This document shows positions 48,169 to 58,695 of a stretch of 64,000 nt of DNA, piece by piece. The position numbers and the translations under genes are program-made. Source of the DNA: Armatimonadota bacterium (GTDB lineage Bacteria; Armatimonadota; SYMT01); NCBI GenBank assembly GCA_041690135.1, contig JAWLHY010000007.1, forward strand, positions 160,001 through 224,000, in the 5' to 3' direction. Each line of letters begins with the position of its first letter. Positions within the stretch are counted from its first letter, which is position 1. The notes under the pieces were generated by a model. The model worked only from the letters and a program-made list of their open reading frames with translations. It searched no databases and was not told where the DNA came from.

Positions 48169-50376
48169 ATGAGCCAGGTTGGCTACACCCCCGGAAAGCG
48201 GCCCTTTCCCAGACGCGGCCCGCAGTGGTCGGATCTGTGGGTGGGTCTGGCGGCACCTTTGGCTGCAGCCCTCATTCCGCTGATAATGCCGTCCTCCGCG
48301 AGGGAGGTCCTCGCCCCCTGGCCCTTTCTGCTTGCGGCACTCTCGGCCGCAGCGTGGGGCGGTTTCCGTCCCGGTCTGCTCGCCACCGGTCTGGGCGTCG
48401 GGCTCTTCCTGGGGGTTGTCGACTCCGGGCTCGGTCCGGGCCACTCCAAATTCGCGCTACTTCAAGCGGCGTTATTGGGCCTGAGTGGCTTTCTCGCTTC
48501 CTGTCTGGGGGAAGTGCTCCAGCGCACGCGTTTGCAGGCCGGCGAAGTAGCGCAGCAGGCTTTTCGCCATCAATGCGAGCTGGAGTGTGAGGTAGGGGAG
48601 CGAAAGCGCGCGGAAGCGGCGCTCCGGGCGAGTGAGGAAAGCCTACGGATGGCGCTGGAAGCGTCCAGTACCGTCGCCTGGAATTGGGACCTTAAGTCGG
48701 GCAGGCTCGAGCACTCCCAAACCAGTCGTCTCGTCCTGGGTGGCGCGCCGGAGTCCGTGGAACAGTTCGTGGCCCTGATCCATCCGGATGACCGCCAGCG
48801 GGTGGAAGAGGCCTTGCTGCGGGTGCTGGATGGCCGGGGCGCCTACGACGAGGAGTTCCGGATTGTCCGGCCCGACGGCGAAGTGCGGTGGGTCGCGGAC
48901 GAAGGCAATCTCGTTTACGGACTCGACGGCGAGCCGGAGCGACTGGTCGGGTGTCTTCGCGACGTCACCGAACAGCACCGGATCCTGGAGGCATTGGCAG
49001 ATGCGGACCGGCGCAAGGACGAGTTTCTGGCCATGCTCGCTCACGAGCTCCGCAATCCACTCGCCCCGATCCGAACGGCGGTACGCCTCCTGCAACTGCG
49101 GCAGGCCAATGAGGAGCCGGTTCGGCGGCATCTGGACCTGATCGATCGCCAGGTCGGCAACATGGCGCGCCTGCTCGAGGATCTGCTCGATGTTTCCCGC
49201 ATAACACGCGGAACGGTCCAACTCAAGCCGGAGCGGGTGGACCTGCGTCCGGTACTGGCGGAAGCCCTGGAAGTGTGCCAACCACTCCTTCGCCAGCGCC
49301 GGCATCACCTCGACGTGAGTTTGCCCGCGGAGCCGGTCTGGCTCCGTGCCGACCGGCTCCGCCTGGAACAGGTCATCGTCAACCTGGTCAATAACGCCGC
49401 CAAGTACACCGATTCCGGTGGAAGTATCACGGTGGAGTTGGTGGTCCTGGAGCCGGAAACCGTCGTCGGCGACTCCGCGGTTGCGCCTCCTTCAGTTACC
49501 TCCGTGGCCGCGGGGCGAACCGCCGAGATCCGTGTGAGGGACACAGGTCGGGGCATCGCTCCAGAACTGCTGCCGCGGGTATTCGACCTGTTTGTGCAGG
49601 GGGAACCGGGCCTCGACCGCAGCCAGGGTGGACTGGGGATCGGATTGACGATGGTGCGGAGCCTGGTGGAGATGCATCAGGGTAAGGTGACGGTCGACAG
49701 TCCGGGACTGGGGCAGGGAAGTGTGTTCACCGTGTCGCTGCCCCTGGCGGATGCAGGCAGCCGCGGGTTGGCATCGCAGGGGACGCCGAAAGGGGTGCCG
49801 GAGGGGGTGCAGCCATCCTTCTCCCTATCTGCCATCGACCCGGACCCGCCCAATCTCGCCCCGGTTTCGCCGTATCCGCACTTGCGGGCCGCGGGTGCGG
49901 GTTCCCAGCGCGTGCTGGTCGTGGACGACAACCGGGATGGGGCCGAGGCGCTCGTCGAGTTGGTGGAGTTGTGGGGCTATGAAGTCCACTCCGTACATGA
50001 CGGGGCGGCGGCACTGCGCGCGGTCGAGACCTTCCAGCCAGCCATCGTGATCTGCGACCTGGGAATGCCGGGAATGGATGGATTCGAGGTGGGCCGCCGG
50101 CTCCGGAACCGGGTCCCGTCGGCAACGGCCTCGAATCGTCGCCCGGACCCTCAGGAAGTTGGCGCTCAGGAAGTTGGCGCTCCCGCGGCCGCAAGCAGGG
50201 CCGGGAGAGAACTGCCTCTCACGCTCATTGCGGTGACCGGTTACGGGCGCGAAGAAGACCGGCGGCGCAGCGAGGCAGCCGGGTTCTCTTACCACCTGAC
50301 GAAGCCGATCGATCCGGAAGAACTGCGGGGATTGCTCACCACGATCGCGACCGGGGAGGGGATTGGGCCTCGTTGA
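48169..50376 (+). CDS. Membrane (DUF4118-like) PAS hybrid histidine kinase with receiver domain
   Basis: N-terminal TMs (WGGFRPGLLAT), PAS, LAHELRNPL, NNAAKYT, GLGIGL, DLGMP. Confidence 0.92.
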   Translation: MSQVGYTPGKRPFPRRGPQWSDLWVGLAAPLAAALIPLIMPSSAREVLAPWPFLLAALSAAAWGGFRPGLLATGLGVGLFLGVVDSGLGPGHSKFALLQAALLGLSGFLASCLGEVLQRTRLQAGEVAQQAFRHQCELECEVGERKRAEAALRASEESLRMALEASSTVAWNWDLKSGRLEHSQTSRLVLGGAPESVEQFVALIHPDDRQRVEEALLRVLDGRGAYDEEFRIVRPDGEVRWVADEGNLVYGLDGEPERLVGCLRDVTEQHRILEALADADRRKDEFLAMLAHELRNPLAPIRTAVRLLQLRQANEEPVRRHLDLIDRQVGNMARLLEDLLDVSRITRGTVQLKPERVDLRPVLAEALEVCQPLLRQRRHHLDVSLPAEPVWLRADRLRLEQVIVNLVNNAAKYTDSGGSITVELVVLEPETVVGDSAVAPPSVTSVAAGRTAEIRVRDTGRGIAPELLPRVFDLFVQGEPGLDRSQGGLGIGLTMVRSLVEMHQGKVTVDSPGLGQGSVFTVSLPLADAGSRGLASQGTPKGVPEGVQPSFSLSAIDPDPPNLAPVSPYPHLRAAGAGSQRVLVVDDNRDGAEALVELVELWGYEVHSVHDGAAALRAVETFQPAIVICDLGMPGMDGFEVGRRLRNRVPSATASNRRPDPQEVGAQEVGAPAAASRAGRELPLTLIAVTGYGREEDRRRSEAAGFSYHLTKPIDPEELRGLLTTIATGEGIGPR

Positions 50377-50450
50377 CGAATTCTTATCAGGTTGGGCCCT
50401 CATGCCCCGCCGCGCGTTCCCGCAGATCGCCGTCGATCGGGATTTCCAAG

Positions 50451-51674
50451 ATGAAGCTATCCACCCCCTCTCGCCTGCTGGTCTTCCTGCCCTTGCTGGG
50501 TATCTCTCTGGCTCCCCTCCCCGCCGAAGCCACCCCGCGTTGGTCGGAAGCACAGGCGAATGCCTGGTACCGCAAGACCGGCTGGCTGGTCGGCGCGAAC
50601 TACGCTCCCGCCACGGCGATCAACCAGCTCGAAATGTGGCAGAAGGAGACCTTCGACCTGCCGACCATCGACCGCGAACTGGGATGGGCTCGGAAGCTGG
50701 GCTTCAACAGCATGCGGGTCTTCCTGCACGACCTCCTCTGGAAGCAAGACCCCGAGGGATTCAGCCGCCGCATTGACCAGTTCCTCGAGGTGGCCGACCG
50801 GCACAAGATCGGGGTGATGTTCGTGCTGTTCGACAGCGTGTGGGATCCCCACCCGCACCTGGGTCCGCAGCGCCCACCCACTCCCCATCTCCATAACTCC
50901 GGCTGGGTGCAAAGCCCCGGGGTGCCGGTCTTGCGCGACCCGAGCCGCCACGACGAACTCAAGGGGTACGTGCAGGGGGTGCTCCGGCGCTTCGGCAAGG
51001 ACCGGCGCGTGCAGGTGTGGGACCTCTGGAACGAGCCGGACAACAACAACGGGAATAGCTACCGCGCGTGGGAGATCGCCAATAAAGGCGACGTGATGCT
51101 GCCGTTGCTGAAGAAGGTCTACACCTGGGCGCAAGAAGCCAATCCGGACCAGCCGTTGACCACGGGCGTGTGGCTGGGGGACTGGTCTTCTCCGGAGAAG
51201 TTGAAGGCCTGGGAGCGGTTCCAGCTCGAAGAGTCGGACATCATCACCTACCACGACTATGGCAACGAGGAAAGCCAGCAGCGCCGTATCGGATGGTTGA
51301 AGCGTTACAACCGTCCGATCCTTTGCACGGAGTACATGGCGCGCCCGATGAACAGCACCTTCCAGGCGATCCTGCCGTTGCTGAAAGAGAACCGGGTCGG
51401 TGCCTACAACTGGGGCTTTGTGGCCGGAAAGAGCCAGACGATCTACCCCTGGGACTCCTGGAATAAGCGCTACACGGCGGAACCACCGGTCTGGTTCCAC
51501 GACATCTTCCGCACGGACGGGACCCCTTATCGCGAAGAGGAAGTTAAATTGATCCGCGAGGTCACCGGCGCCGCCGCACAGTCGAGCCGCCGCGTCCCGG
51601 TCGCTGTGCCTCGGAAACGGACGGCACTCCGGCGCGCCGGCACGCGCCCCGTCACGGTGAGTATCACTCGTTGA
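50451..51674 (+). CDS. Secreted clan GH-A glycoside hydrolase (GH5-like)
   Basis: Signal peptide; GFNSMRVFLH, WDLWNEP (acid/base), CTEYMAR (nucleophile). Confidence 0.88.
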   Translation: MKLSTPSRLLVFLPLLGISLAPLPAEATPRWSEAQANAWYRKTGWLVGANYAPATAINQLEMWQKETFDLPTIDRELGWARKLGFNSMRVFLHDLLWKQDPEGFSRRIDQFLEVADRHKIGVMFVLFDSVWDPHPHLGPQRPPTPHLHNSGWVQSPGVPVLRDPSRHDELKGYVQGVLRRFGKDRRVQVWDLWNEPDNNNGNSYRAWEIANKGDVMLPLLKKVYTWAQEANPDQPLTTGVWLGDWSSPEKLKAWERFQLEESDIITYHDYGNEESQQRRIGWLKRYNRPILCTEYMARPMNSTFQAILPLLKENRVGAYNWGFVAGKSQTIYPWDSWNKRYTAEPPVWFHDIFRTDGTPYREEEVKLIREVTGAAAQSSRRVPVAVPRKRTALRRAGTRPVTVSITR

Positions 51675-51693
51675 GTTCTCCCGAGGAGCCCGG

Positions 51694-52494
51694 ATGCCGG
51701 AGATCGACACGCGTCTGCAGGAGTATCTACCGACCCTTCACGACCTCGCGGAGGGTAGGGTGGAGCCAGATCACTGGTTGGACTGGTGGCGAGAGCATGA
51801 GCCCGGCCTGAAGGGCGCCCTCAAGCCGGGGTGGTTCCTGGAACTCAAGCCGCGGACCGGCGGCAGTTCCGGTCCGAACCGCCCGGTGTTTGGGAGCCAG
51901 TCGGGCGCTCGCCGTATCCTGGATGCCCTGGAAGTTGCCTACCAGTGGTCCGACCGCTACGAGCGCGGCGCCCAGGCGGAGTTGGAGGCGTACATCCGGG
52001 CGCAGAAGAAAGTGGAGCGTGCCCGGGCGAAGAAGATGCAGCCGTTTCTGGAGCGGCTGCAGCCCCACTTCCCTAAGTTCGCGCGCTTCCTGAAACGGAA
52101 TGCGGAACAGATCGACCGCATCGAGCCGGGCTACACGGAAGAAGAGATAGCCGCTTTTGAAGAACGGCTGCGCCTCACGCTGCCCCAATCCTACCGACAG
52201 TGGCTGGGAGCCGTGGGGGAGCTCAGTCTAGAGGGCTTGCGGTTCGGCTCCGAACACCCGTTCATCCACGAGAATACACGGGGGGTAGAACTCCCGTCGG
52301 CGGGGATGCTCGCCTTCGCGGACTATTTCCTCCAAGCGGACGGGGACCAGGTGCTGTTCGATCTTCGGGAGGGGACCGAGGACGACCCGCCGGTGTTCTA
52401 CTATTCCCACTCCGTGCCGGAAGTCCGGCGGGAGGCGAAGAGCTTCACGGCCTGGATCGAGTCGTTGCCCCGTTCCCCGGTCCTCTCCGAATAG
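51694..52494 (+). CDS. SMI1/KNR4 (SUKH) family protein
   Basis: EEEIAAFEERLRLTLPQSYRQWL...PPVFYY.H...SFTAWIE. Confidence 0.85.
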   Translation: MPEIDTRLQEYLPTLHDLAEGRVEPDHWLDWWREHEPGLKGALKPGWFLELKPRTGGSSGPNRPVFGSQSGARRILDALEVAYQWSDRYERGAQAELEAYIRAQKKVERARAKKMQPFLERLQPHFPKFARFLKRNAEQIDRIEPGYTEEEIAAFEERLRLTLPQSYRQWLGAVGELSLEGLRFGSEHPFIHENTRGVELPSAGMLAFADYFLQADGDQVLFDLREGTEDDPPVFYYSHSVPEVRREAKSFTAWIESLPRSPVLSE

Positions 52495-52495
52495 C

Positions 52496-53812
52496 CTACT
52501 TGACCCCGGTGACCAGGGGCTGCACCCAGGCCGCTTCCGTGTCCCCTTCCTTATAGGGGTTCGCCTGCGGCTTGGACGAGATGATGGTGGCCCGGACGTA
52601 CAGTTCGTCGCCCTTCAGCGTGTAGCTGGGTGACGTGCCGGATACCTCGGCCAGCACCGTCCCGATCTGGTCGCTGTAGCGCCGCGTCACGGGCAGCGGT
52701 TTCCCTTCCGCATCCATCACGGGCTCGCTCCGGCGGTCGTAGTCCTTCCGCGTCCCGACAAAGCGGGTCTTATAAGTGACGCCGCTCTCCGGTTCGATCT
52801 GGATCGTTAGCCGGTTCGGTTCTTTGCGAATGTCCTTCAGCCGTACGCCGGTGGAACTGTAGAAGTCTCCGGCTTCCATTGCGGTGACGATTCCCTCGGG
52901 GGTGAGGCGAGGGGAGCGCACCATCACCCAGCCGCGGCCCGGGTTGCTGCGGTTGATCGCCTGTTGATGATAGTTGTGCGAGTCGTCCACGGCCACGCCG
53001 TACAGCACTTCCCCGTCCATCTCCGCGATCCGCCGGGTGAGTATGATGTCCCAGATGCGCTCGGCCCCTGCATGCTGCGGGTCGCCGTAGTTATGCACGG
53101 CGGGGTGGCCGTTGTAGACCTCGAAGAACTTCTCGCCCTTGACCTGCATCAACTCCTCGGCCGTCACCGCCCAGCCGAAGTTCGGGTGGTTCAGGTGAGG
53201 GAACATCGGCTGCCCCGTCCGCTTTCGCTGTTCCATCACGGCGTCGACATTCCGCTGCATCACATCGACCATGCTGGTCCCACCCTGCGGCTTCACCAAC
53301 TCACGGATGTTCGCCACGTTAATGTGGATCGGTTTGCGCGCGAAGCTGTCCGAGATCTCCTCGCTCTGGATCATGAGGAACCGGTTCGGTTCCTCGAACA
53401 GGTGCCGGAACTCGCTGAGCGGTTTGAGGCGCACCTCACGCTTCCCTTCGGCCGCACGCTCTTCCACCCATCCGTCACCGAAGCGTGCCCGGTAGGCGGC
53501 CAGCGCCTTGGCGCCGCCCCGATTCTTCTCGGCATCCACCCACTTTTGCCCCTCGGAGAGGATGTTGTGGTCGGAGAGGGCCAGGAAGTTGTAGCCCTTC
53601 TGCTTGTACCAATCGGCGATCATCTCCGGATAGTCGTCGCCGTCGCTCCAGAGGGAGTGGGTGTGGAGATTGCCCTTCCACCAGCGGTCGGTGGGCTGGG
53701 AGCGAAGCTGTGCGTCGACGGTGGCAGCGGCTATACAGCCCGCCACGACGGCGAACGTCAGTGTGAGGGTTCCGCGATGGCGGGCCAGCAGATCAGGAAG
53801 CGGAGTGTGCAT
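52496..53812 (-). CDS. Secreted PHP-domain metallohydrolase (CehA/McbA-like)
   Basis: KGNLHTHSLWSDG, ALSDHN, NHPN, EVYNG, DDSH. Confidence 0.88.
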   Translation of the reverse strand: MHTPLPDLLARHRGTLTLTFAVVAGCIAAATVDAQLRSQPTDRWWKGNLHTHSLWSDGDDYPEMIADWYKQKGYNFLALSDHNILSEGQKWVDAEKNRGGAKALAAYRARFGDGWVEERAAEGKREVRLKPLSEFRHLFEEPNRFLMIQSEEISDSFARKPIHINVANIRELVKPQGGTSMVDVMQRNVDAVMEQRKRTGQPMFPHLNHPNFGWAVTAEELMQVKGEKFFEVYNGHPAVHNYGDPQHAGAERIWDIILTRRIAEMDGEVLYGVAVDDSHNYHQQAINRSNPGRGWVMVRSPRLTPEGIVTAMEAGDFYSSTGVRLKDIRKEPNRLTIQIEPESGVTYKTRFVGTRKDYDRRSEPVMDAEGKPLPVTRRYSDQIGTVLAEVSGTSPSYTLKGDELYVRATIISSKPQANPYKEGDTEAAWVQPLVTGVK

Positions 53813-53934
53813 GATTAGTGTGCGCGGGCGGATGGGCCGAGATACGTGCCACGGCGGGAGACTACCTTTACTCTTTGGTGGTATCACCCGGAAACACCTG
53901 CGGCCGGAAGTCAGGAGATCTTAAGGAGAGCGCC

Positions 53935-54900
53935 TCAGGGTTGGGCCAGGCGCGCGACTTCGGCGAGTGTCAGCGCGCGGTTGTGCACCTGGAGGTCGTC
54001 CAGAATTCCGTAGAAGGCCTGCTCGTGCTCTCCGGCGCTCTGGGTGTTGCCGATGGCGATGCCGGGCCTCTCCGTGGGGACAAGCTCGCGGAAGGGCCGG
54101 ACCGGCGTGCTGGTTTCGGCAGCCAGCTTGCCGTTGACGTAGATCCGCATTTTCTGCGTGGCGGTATCCAGCGTGGCACTAACGTGCACGGCGGTACGCA
54201 GCGGTATCGGTGCATCCAATCCGGCGCGAGCCCCCTTCTCCCCGTCGATGATGAACACCAGCTTCCCCTGTGGGGTGATGTGGAGTGAATAGGGGTCCAG
54301 CCCCGCGCGGGAGTCGCCGCGGAAGAAGATCTGGCAGATACGGCCTTCTGGTGGGTAGCTGAGGACGGTAACCCAGGCGCTGATGGTGAAGGAGTCGTTG
54401 AATTGCAGCGGCAACGTGTCCGGGATGTTGATCCCGCTCTGGTTGCCGTCGAACTGGAGCGCCACCCCGTGCACCCCCTGCACAGCGCTGACCCCGCGCC
54501 GGAGTCGACCGTGATTACCGCCGACGAGATCCCGCGCATCACCTTCCATCGGCCACCACGCCACCCGGCCCTGGGCCAGCGTGTCTTCGGGTAGGGCTCG
54601 GGTCGCCGGGAATGGCTTTACGGAAGCGGCGGTGGCGGCGCCGGGCTTACGGGTTGCGGACGCTGGGGTCGTTCGTTTGGGGACAGCCGGTTTCCGCACT
54701 GCGGCCGCACGTGCTGCGGGTTTTCTGGAAACCGGCTTCTTGATCGGTGGCTTCTTCGAACCCGCCTTGCTGGCAGCCGGTTTTTTCGCCCGGATGCTTT
54801 TCAATGTGTCGCGGCTGTCGCCCCAGGCGGCGAGGGCGACAACCAGAGACAAGAGCGTTGTAATGCCAGCCTTCTTATAAAAAGGGGCGGACTGGTTCAT
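53935..54900 (-). CDS. Secreted LamG domain protein
   Basis: ALQFDG, FTISAWV, HV.AT.D, IYVNG, FYGILDDLQVHNRAL; Lys/Pro/Ala-rich N-terminal tract. Confidence 0.88.
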   Translation of the reverse strand: MNQSAPFYKKAGITTLLSLVVALAAWGDSRDTLKSIRAKKPAASKAGSKKPPIKKPVSRKPAARAAAVRKPAVPKRTTPASATRKPGAATAASVKPFPATRALPEDTLAQGRVAWWPMEGDARDLVGGNHGRLRRGVSAVQGVHGVALQFDGNQSGINIPDTLPLQFNDSFTISAWVTVLSYPPEGRICQIFFRGDSRAGLDPYSLHITPQGKLVFIIDGEKGARAGLDAPIPLRTAVHVSATLDTATQKMRIYVNGKLAAETSTPVRPFRELVPTERPGIAIGNTQSAGEHEQAFYGILDDLQVHNRALTLAEVARLAQP

Positions 54901-54928
54901 TGCGGTGGGTGGTCGGAAGCGAGGTTTG

Positions 54929-56068
54929 TCATGCAGATTCGCTTCCGACTCCCGCGTTTCCTTCCCTGCTTCGGTCCGGACAACCCGCCAGAACCCACGT
55001 CAGTTCCGAGCCCAGCAGCACCAGGATGGCCGAGTAGTAGATCCAGGTGAGGAGTCCGATGAAGCCGGCCAGCACCCCGTAAGTAGCTGCCTGGTCTCCC
55101 TGGAAACTGCTGCTGGTGTACCAGGTATAGGCCTGTTTGAATAGCTCCCACAGGAATGCCGTGATGAAGCCGGCAATTAGGGCCGGTTTCCAGTCGACCT
55201 TCACGTTCGGGAAGAACTTGTAGATCACGGTAAACATCAGGCCGCTGATAGCGACGGACAGCAGAATACCCACCACCTGCGCCACCGTGCTGTTCTCCAG
55301 CCACCCCAATCCCGGAATGGTGTCCGCCCAACTCACCACGGTCGTGATGCCGATCGAAGCCACGAGAAGCAAGCCGATGACGAACATCATGCCCAGGGCG
55401 TAGACCTTGTTCCAGATGAAGTTCCGGTTCGGGACCTTCCAGGTCGTATTGATGGCGGTTTCCAGAGTGGCGAAGCCGCTAGTGGCGGTGAACGCCAGGG
55501 TGAGCAGACCGATGACCCCGAGAGTGCCTCTTGCGCTCCGCACCGCGTCAACGCTGGTGGCCAGCATTTCCCGCTGCTGCGGCATGTACTGGCTGGCGAA
55601 GTTGATGACGGTGGCTCGTGCCTGGTCGTCGGTCATCACGTAGGCAAAAACGGCGACCCCCACCACAAGGAGGGGCACCAGCGAAAGGATCAGGTAAAAG
55701 GCGACCGCCGCCGCCATGAGCGTGCCATGATCGGCGCCGAACTCCTTGAAGGTCCGCTTGGCCACGGCCCAGGCCCCGGTCGGCGCGCCGCCTTCTTGGC
55801 GCGCGCTTTCACCGGTCTCGGCCTCACTGCGGCGTTGAAGATGGATCACCTGCCCGGCAGGTTCGGTCCGGCGCGGCGTTGCCGGTTGCCCGACCGGCTG
55901 CGTCGTAGCATGTACTGCGCCGCCGAGACGGCCGCTTTCGGCGGCCTCGGCACGACGCTCGCGGACCCTCTCCTCGGCCTGTTGCCAGTGGTCGCCGGCC
56001 GCGTCCTTAACACGGCCCCAGATTCCCTGATTCTCGGGGTTCCTCTCCTCGGGTGAATCGTGTCGCAT
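54929..56068 (-). CDS. YihY/BrkB family membrane protein
   Basis: MAAAVAFYLILSLVP, YGVLAGFIGLLTWIYYSA.LVLLGSE. Confidence 0.92.
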   Translation of the reverse strand: MRHDSPEERNPENQGIWGRVKDAAGDHWQQAEERVRERRAEAAESGRLGGAVHATTQPVGQPATPRRTEPAGQVIHLQRRSEAETGESARQEGGAPTGAWAVAKRTFKEFGADHGTLMAAAVAFYLILSLVPLLVVGVAVFAYVMTDDQARATVINFASQYMPQQREMLATSVDAVRSARGTLGVIGLLTLAFTATSGFATLETAINTTWKVPNRNFIWNKVYALGMMFVIGLLLVASIGITTVVSWADTIPGLGWLENSTVAQVVGILLSVAISGLMFTVIYKFFPNVKVDWKPALIAGFITAFLWELFKQAYTWYTSSSFQGDQAATYGVLAGFIGLLTWIYYSAILVLLGSELTWVLAGCPDRSREGNAGVGSESA

Positions 56069-56129
56069 AACCTCTCTCCCTCTTCGTCGTTTCGTGTGAA
56101 CTCGTTGCGGCGGGTGCGTTTCCTCCCAC

Positions 56130-56843
56130 TTACTGGGGTTGAACGGAGGCGATGAGCGCCTGGTCGGTGATCCGGATCTGTTCAACGCGCACCTGGTCGC
56201 CAAGCCGGGCGTTCAGTTGGTCTACCGCGGCCTGCAACTGCGTCTCCAGTTCCTGCTGCAGCCCGCCGGGGGCCGGCCAGTTGCCCACGTTCACGTCCGT
56301 TACATCCACCTCCACGCCGCCTTCCGTGGCTCGAAGCGTGCCCGTGGCGTTCACGCGCGCGTCCAGGCCGAACCACATGGGGCGCCTGGCGGTGGCGATG
56401 ATACGCCCGGGCGCGAACCGGACCTGGAGCGAGTGCAGATTGTTCTGCTCCAGGGCCTGCTGCACCTGGGGCGCTGAGGTGATGAGGCGGTTCGCCTCCT
56501 GCTCCGGGATGCGCACCTGAATCATCTCGCTCCTCCGCAGGGCGGCCGGTGGAGAACCCGGAGAACGGGCGCCCTCAGCAGGTGGCTCAGTCGGGGGCTG
56601 TTCGGACAGTCCGGCGTTGTCGTCCGGAACGGAGGTCCCTGGCACCTGGCTCGCCGGGTCCTCCCAGAGCCAGCGCCGCATGGAGTCCGCGGTCACGTCG
56701 TTTCCGGTCCCGATCGGATCCGGCGGTGGGGGGCTGCTGGCTTCGATAGTTTCGGGCCCCGCGATCGTCCATACCACGATGGCGGCCCCCAGAACGAGGA
56801 GCGCCAGTACCCCTCCCAGCACAATGGCGACCGATCGCCTCAT
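56130..56843 (-). CDS. Membrane-anchored hypothetical protein
   Basis: GGAAGGGAG RBS; N-terminal TM, Pro-rich linker, beta-rich C-terminal domain. Confidence 0.7.
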   Translation of the reverse strand: MRRSVAIVLGGVLALLVLGAAIVVWTIAGPETIEASSPPPPDPIGTGNDVTADSMRRWLWEDPASQVPGTSVPDDNAGLSEQPPTEPPAEGARSPGSPPAALRRSEMIQVRIPEQEANRLITSAPQVQQALEQNNLHSLQVRFAPGRIIATARRPMWFGLDARVNATGTLRATEGGVEVDVTDVNVGNWPAPGGLQQELETQLQAAVDQLNARLGDQVRVEQIRITDQALIASVQPQ

Positions 56844-57149
56844 CCCAAATCTCCCTTCCCTGTTGTCGTGGCCCGCTGGCCACGCTCCGGCTTCTGCGCC
56901 GGTTCCGGGCAAGTTTCAGCCCGTTTCGATGCTACCTCACAGGTTCGGAGATCAATCGTTACCTGTTGATGGGAACCATGTAGGGAGGTTGCTCGGCTGA
57001 CAAGCAGGAGAGATCTGGGTTTCCGCCCAATGAGGCAGAGTAGATTACTGAGAACCCGGCCTCATTGGTAGGTGGAGGGCGTCGTCATGGCGATGGGACT
57101 GAAGTATTATCCGCCCAGTGTGAAGAATGCCCCGCGGAGCCTGACCGCC

Positions 57150-58532
57150 CCGCGGCCGCTCTAGCAGTGTCTTACGGTCAACGAGTTCAAGGCAGTGCTG
57201 ACCCACGAGTTTGGTCATTTCGCCCAGTCGACCACGCTGCTCGGTCAATACGTCAGCATCGCCAACCGGGTCATCGCCGGAATGGTTTTCGAGGAAGACG
57301 CCTGGGACGAGTAGCTCGAGAACTGGAAAGGCGTGGAGGACTTCCGGATCAGCATCTGGGCCTGGTTGCTGTCCGGCGTCATCTGGGTCTTCCGGATCGT
57401 ACTGGCGCTCCTATTCCACCTCATCAACCTCTTCCACTTCGCGTTGGCGCGCCAGATGGAGTTCCAGGCGGACCGGGTCGCCGTGAGCATCACCGGGAGC
57501 GATGCCCTGGTGAATGCGCTCATTCGCATTCGAGCGGGTGCCGCCGCCTATCAGCAAACGCTGCAGGACCTCCACCCATTGGCCCTGCGGGGGGCTTCAC
57601 GAACGACCTCTACTACCATCAGGAGCGGGCGGAAGCGTTCTTGCGGAAGCTCAATGGCGATCCGGAGTGGGGCAAACGGCCCCGGACTCCCGAGGGACAG
57701 TCCAGCCCGACCTACTTCTGTTCCCTGGCCGGAGAGCGCCCGTCGCTGTTCTCCTCCCATCCCAGCCTTTACGAGCGGGAGCAGAATGCTAAGTGCCGGT
57801 ACTTCCCCAGCGAGGAGAGTGGCGAGCCCGCCTGGGTACTGTTCCGCGATGTCGAGGCGACGCGCCTGGCCGCCACCGTGGAAGCCTATGAGGAAGGTGG
57901 CCTGGCGGTGGATGAGACGCGGGTGAAGAGCGCGGCGGAGGTCCAGCGCGAGATTCGCGCGGAAGAGGCCGAAGGGGTGGTCGACGAGCGCTACGGCGGC
58001 CTCTACGATCTGCGGCTCCTCGGTTTAACCCCCGATACTTTGGAGAAGGCGGTGGCGGAGATGGGTGAGCGGCCGTGGCCAGCCTCTCGAATCCAGCTCT
58101 TTTGCGGTCGCCTCTACCGGGGAGAGGTCCGCGAGCGGATGCAGGCACATCTCCAGCGGCGCCGCGAGTTACAGGAGCTGCGCGCGATTGCCAGTGGACA
58201 GCAGGCCGCTGCGATCATCCACCAGCAGGCACGCCAGACTTGGATCCCCGACTTGCCCGAGATCACCACCGCCACTGGCCGTCCGGCGGGCACGATGCTG
58301 GCGGAGTGGCTGGCGCTCGGTCCACCCTCACCTCCCGTCGCCCCCAGTACCCTGCCGGACTCGTGGTCCCGCAACCGCTGCCGCCAGGATCTCCGCCAGG
58401 AAGGGGAGGATGCTGCCCGCCCTGCTCGCGGAGAGCCTGAAGGCGATCGTGCGCGATCAGGAACAGATCGCCGGCGCCTGGCTCGCCCGGTACAAACCCC
58501 CCAAGTCAGGGTGGGTGATTGGGGAGAAGTGA
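57150..58532 (+). pseudogene. Decayed M48 family peptidase
   Basis: EFKAVLTHEFGHFAQ (HEFGH at 57204) and RQMEFQADRVA in one frame, interrupted by TAG at 57162 and 57312; frameshift in the G6 run 57589-57594; further frame changes downstream; 5' part missing. Confidence 0.8.
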
Positions 58533-58690
58533 GAGGTAAGTGGGGCGGTCGTCTCGCCCGCCAGCATCCGGTCTCGATCAATATCCCGCTGCGAAAGTGG
58601 GGCGGTCGTCTCGCCCGCCAATGAGCGTAGCGCCAGCACTTCCCTCCCTTCATTTCCAGTCCCCACCTCACATCTCTCACCTCTCACTTC
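58511..58690. repeat. Composite repeat: two 26-bp palindromic direct repeats inside inverted heptamer-type arms
   Basis: aagtggggcggtcgtctcgcccgcca at 58538-58563 and 58595-58620; the left arm gaagtgagaggt pairs with the right arm acctctcacttc. Confidence 0.8.
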
Positions 58691-58695
58691 GCCAC

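Noticed and set aside
57162-57314. In-frame TAG codons as pyrrolysine or recoding
   Set aside because: They are accompanied by frameshifts and a missing 5' end, and TAG serves as a normal stop elsewhere in the window; pseudogene is the simpler explanation.
58538-58620. Two 26-bp repeats with a 31-nt spacer, resembling a mini CRISPR array
   Set aside because: Only two units, no cas genes or AT-rich leader, and a dispersed related copy at 62474; this fits a REP family better.
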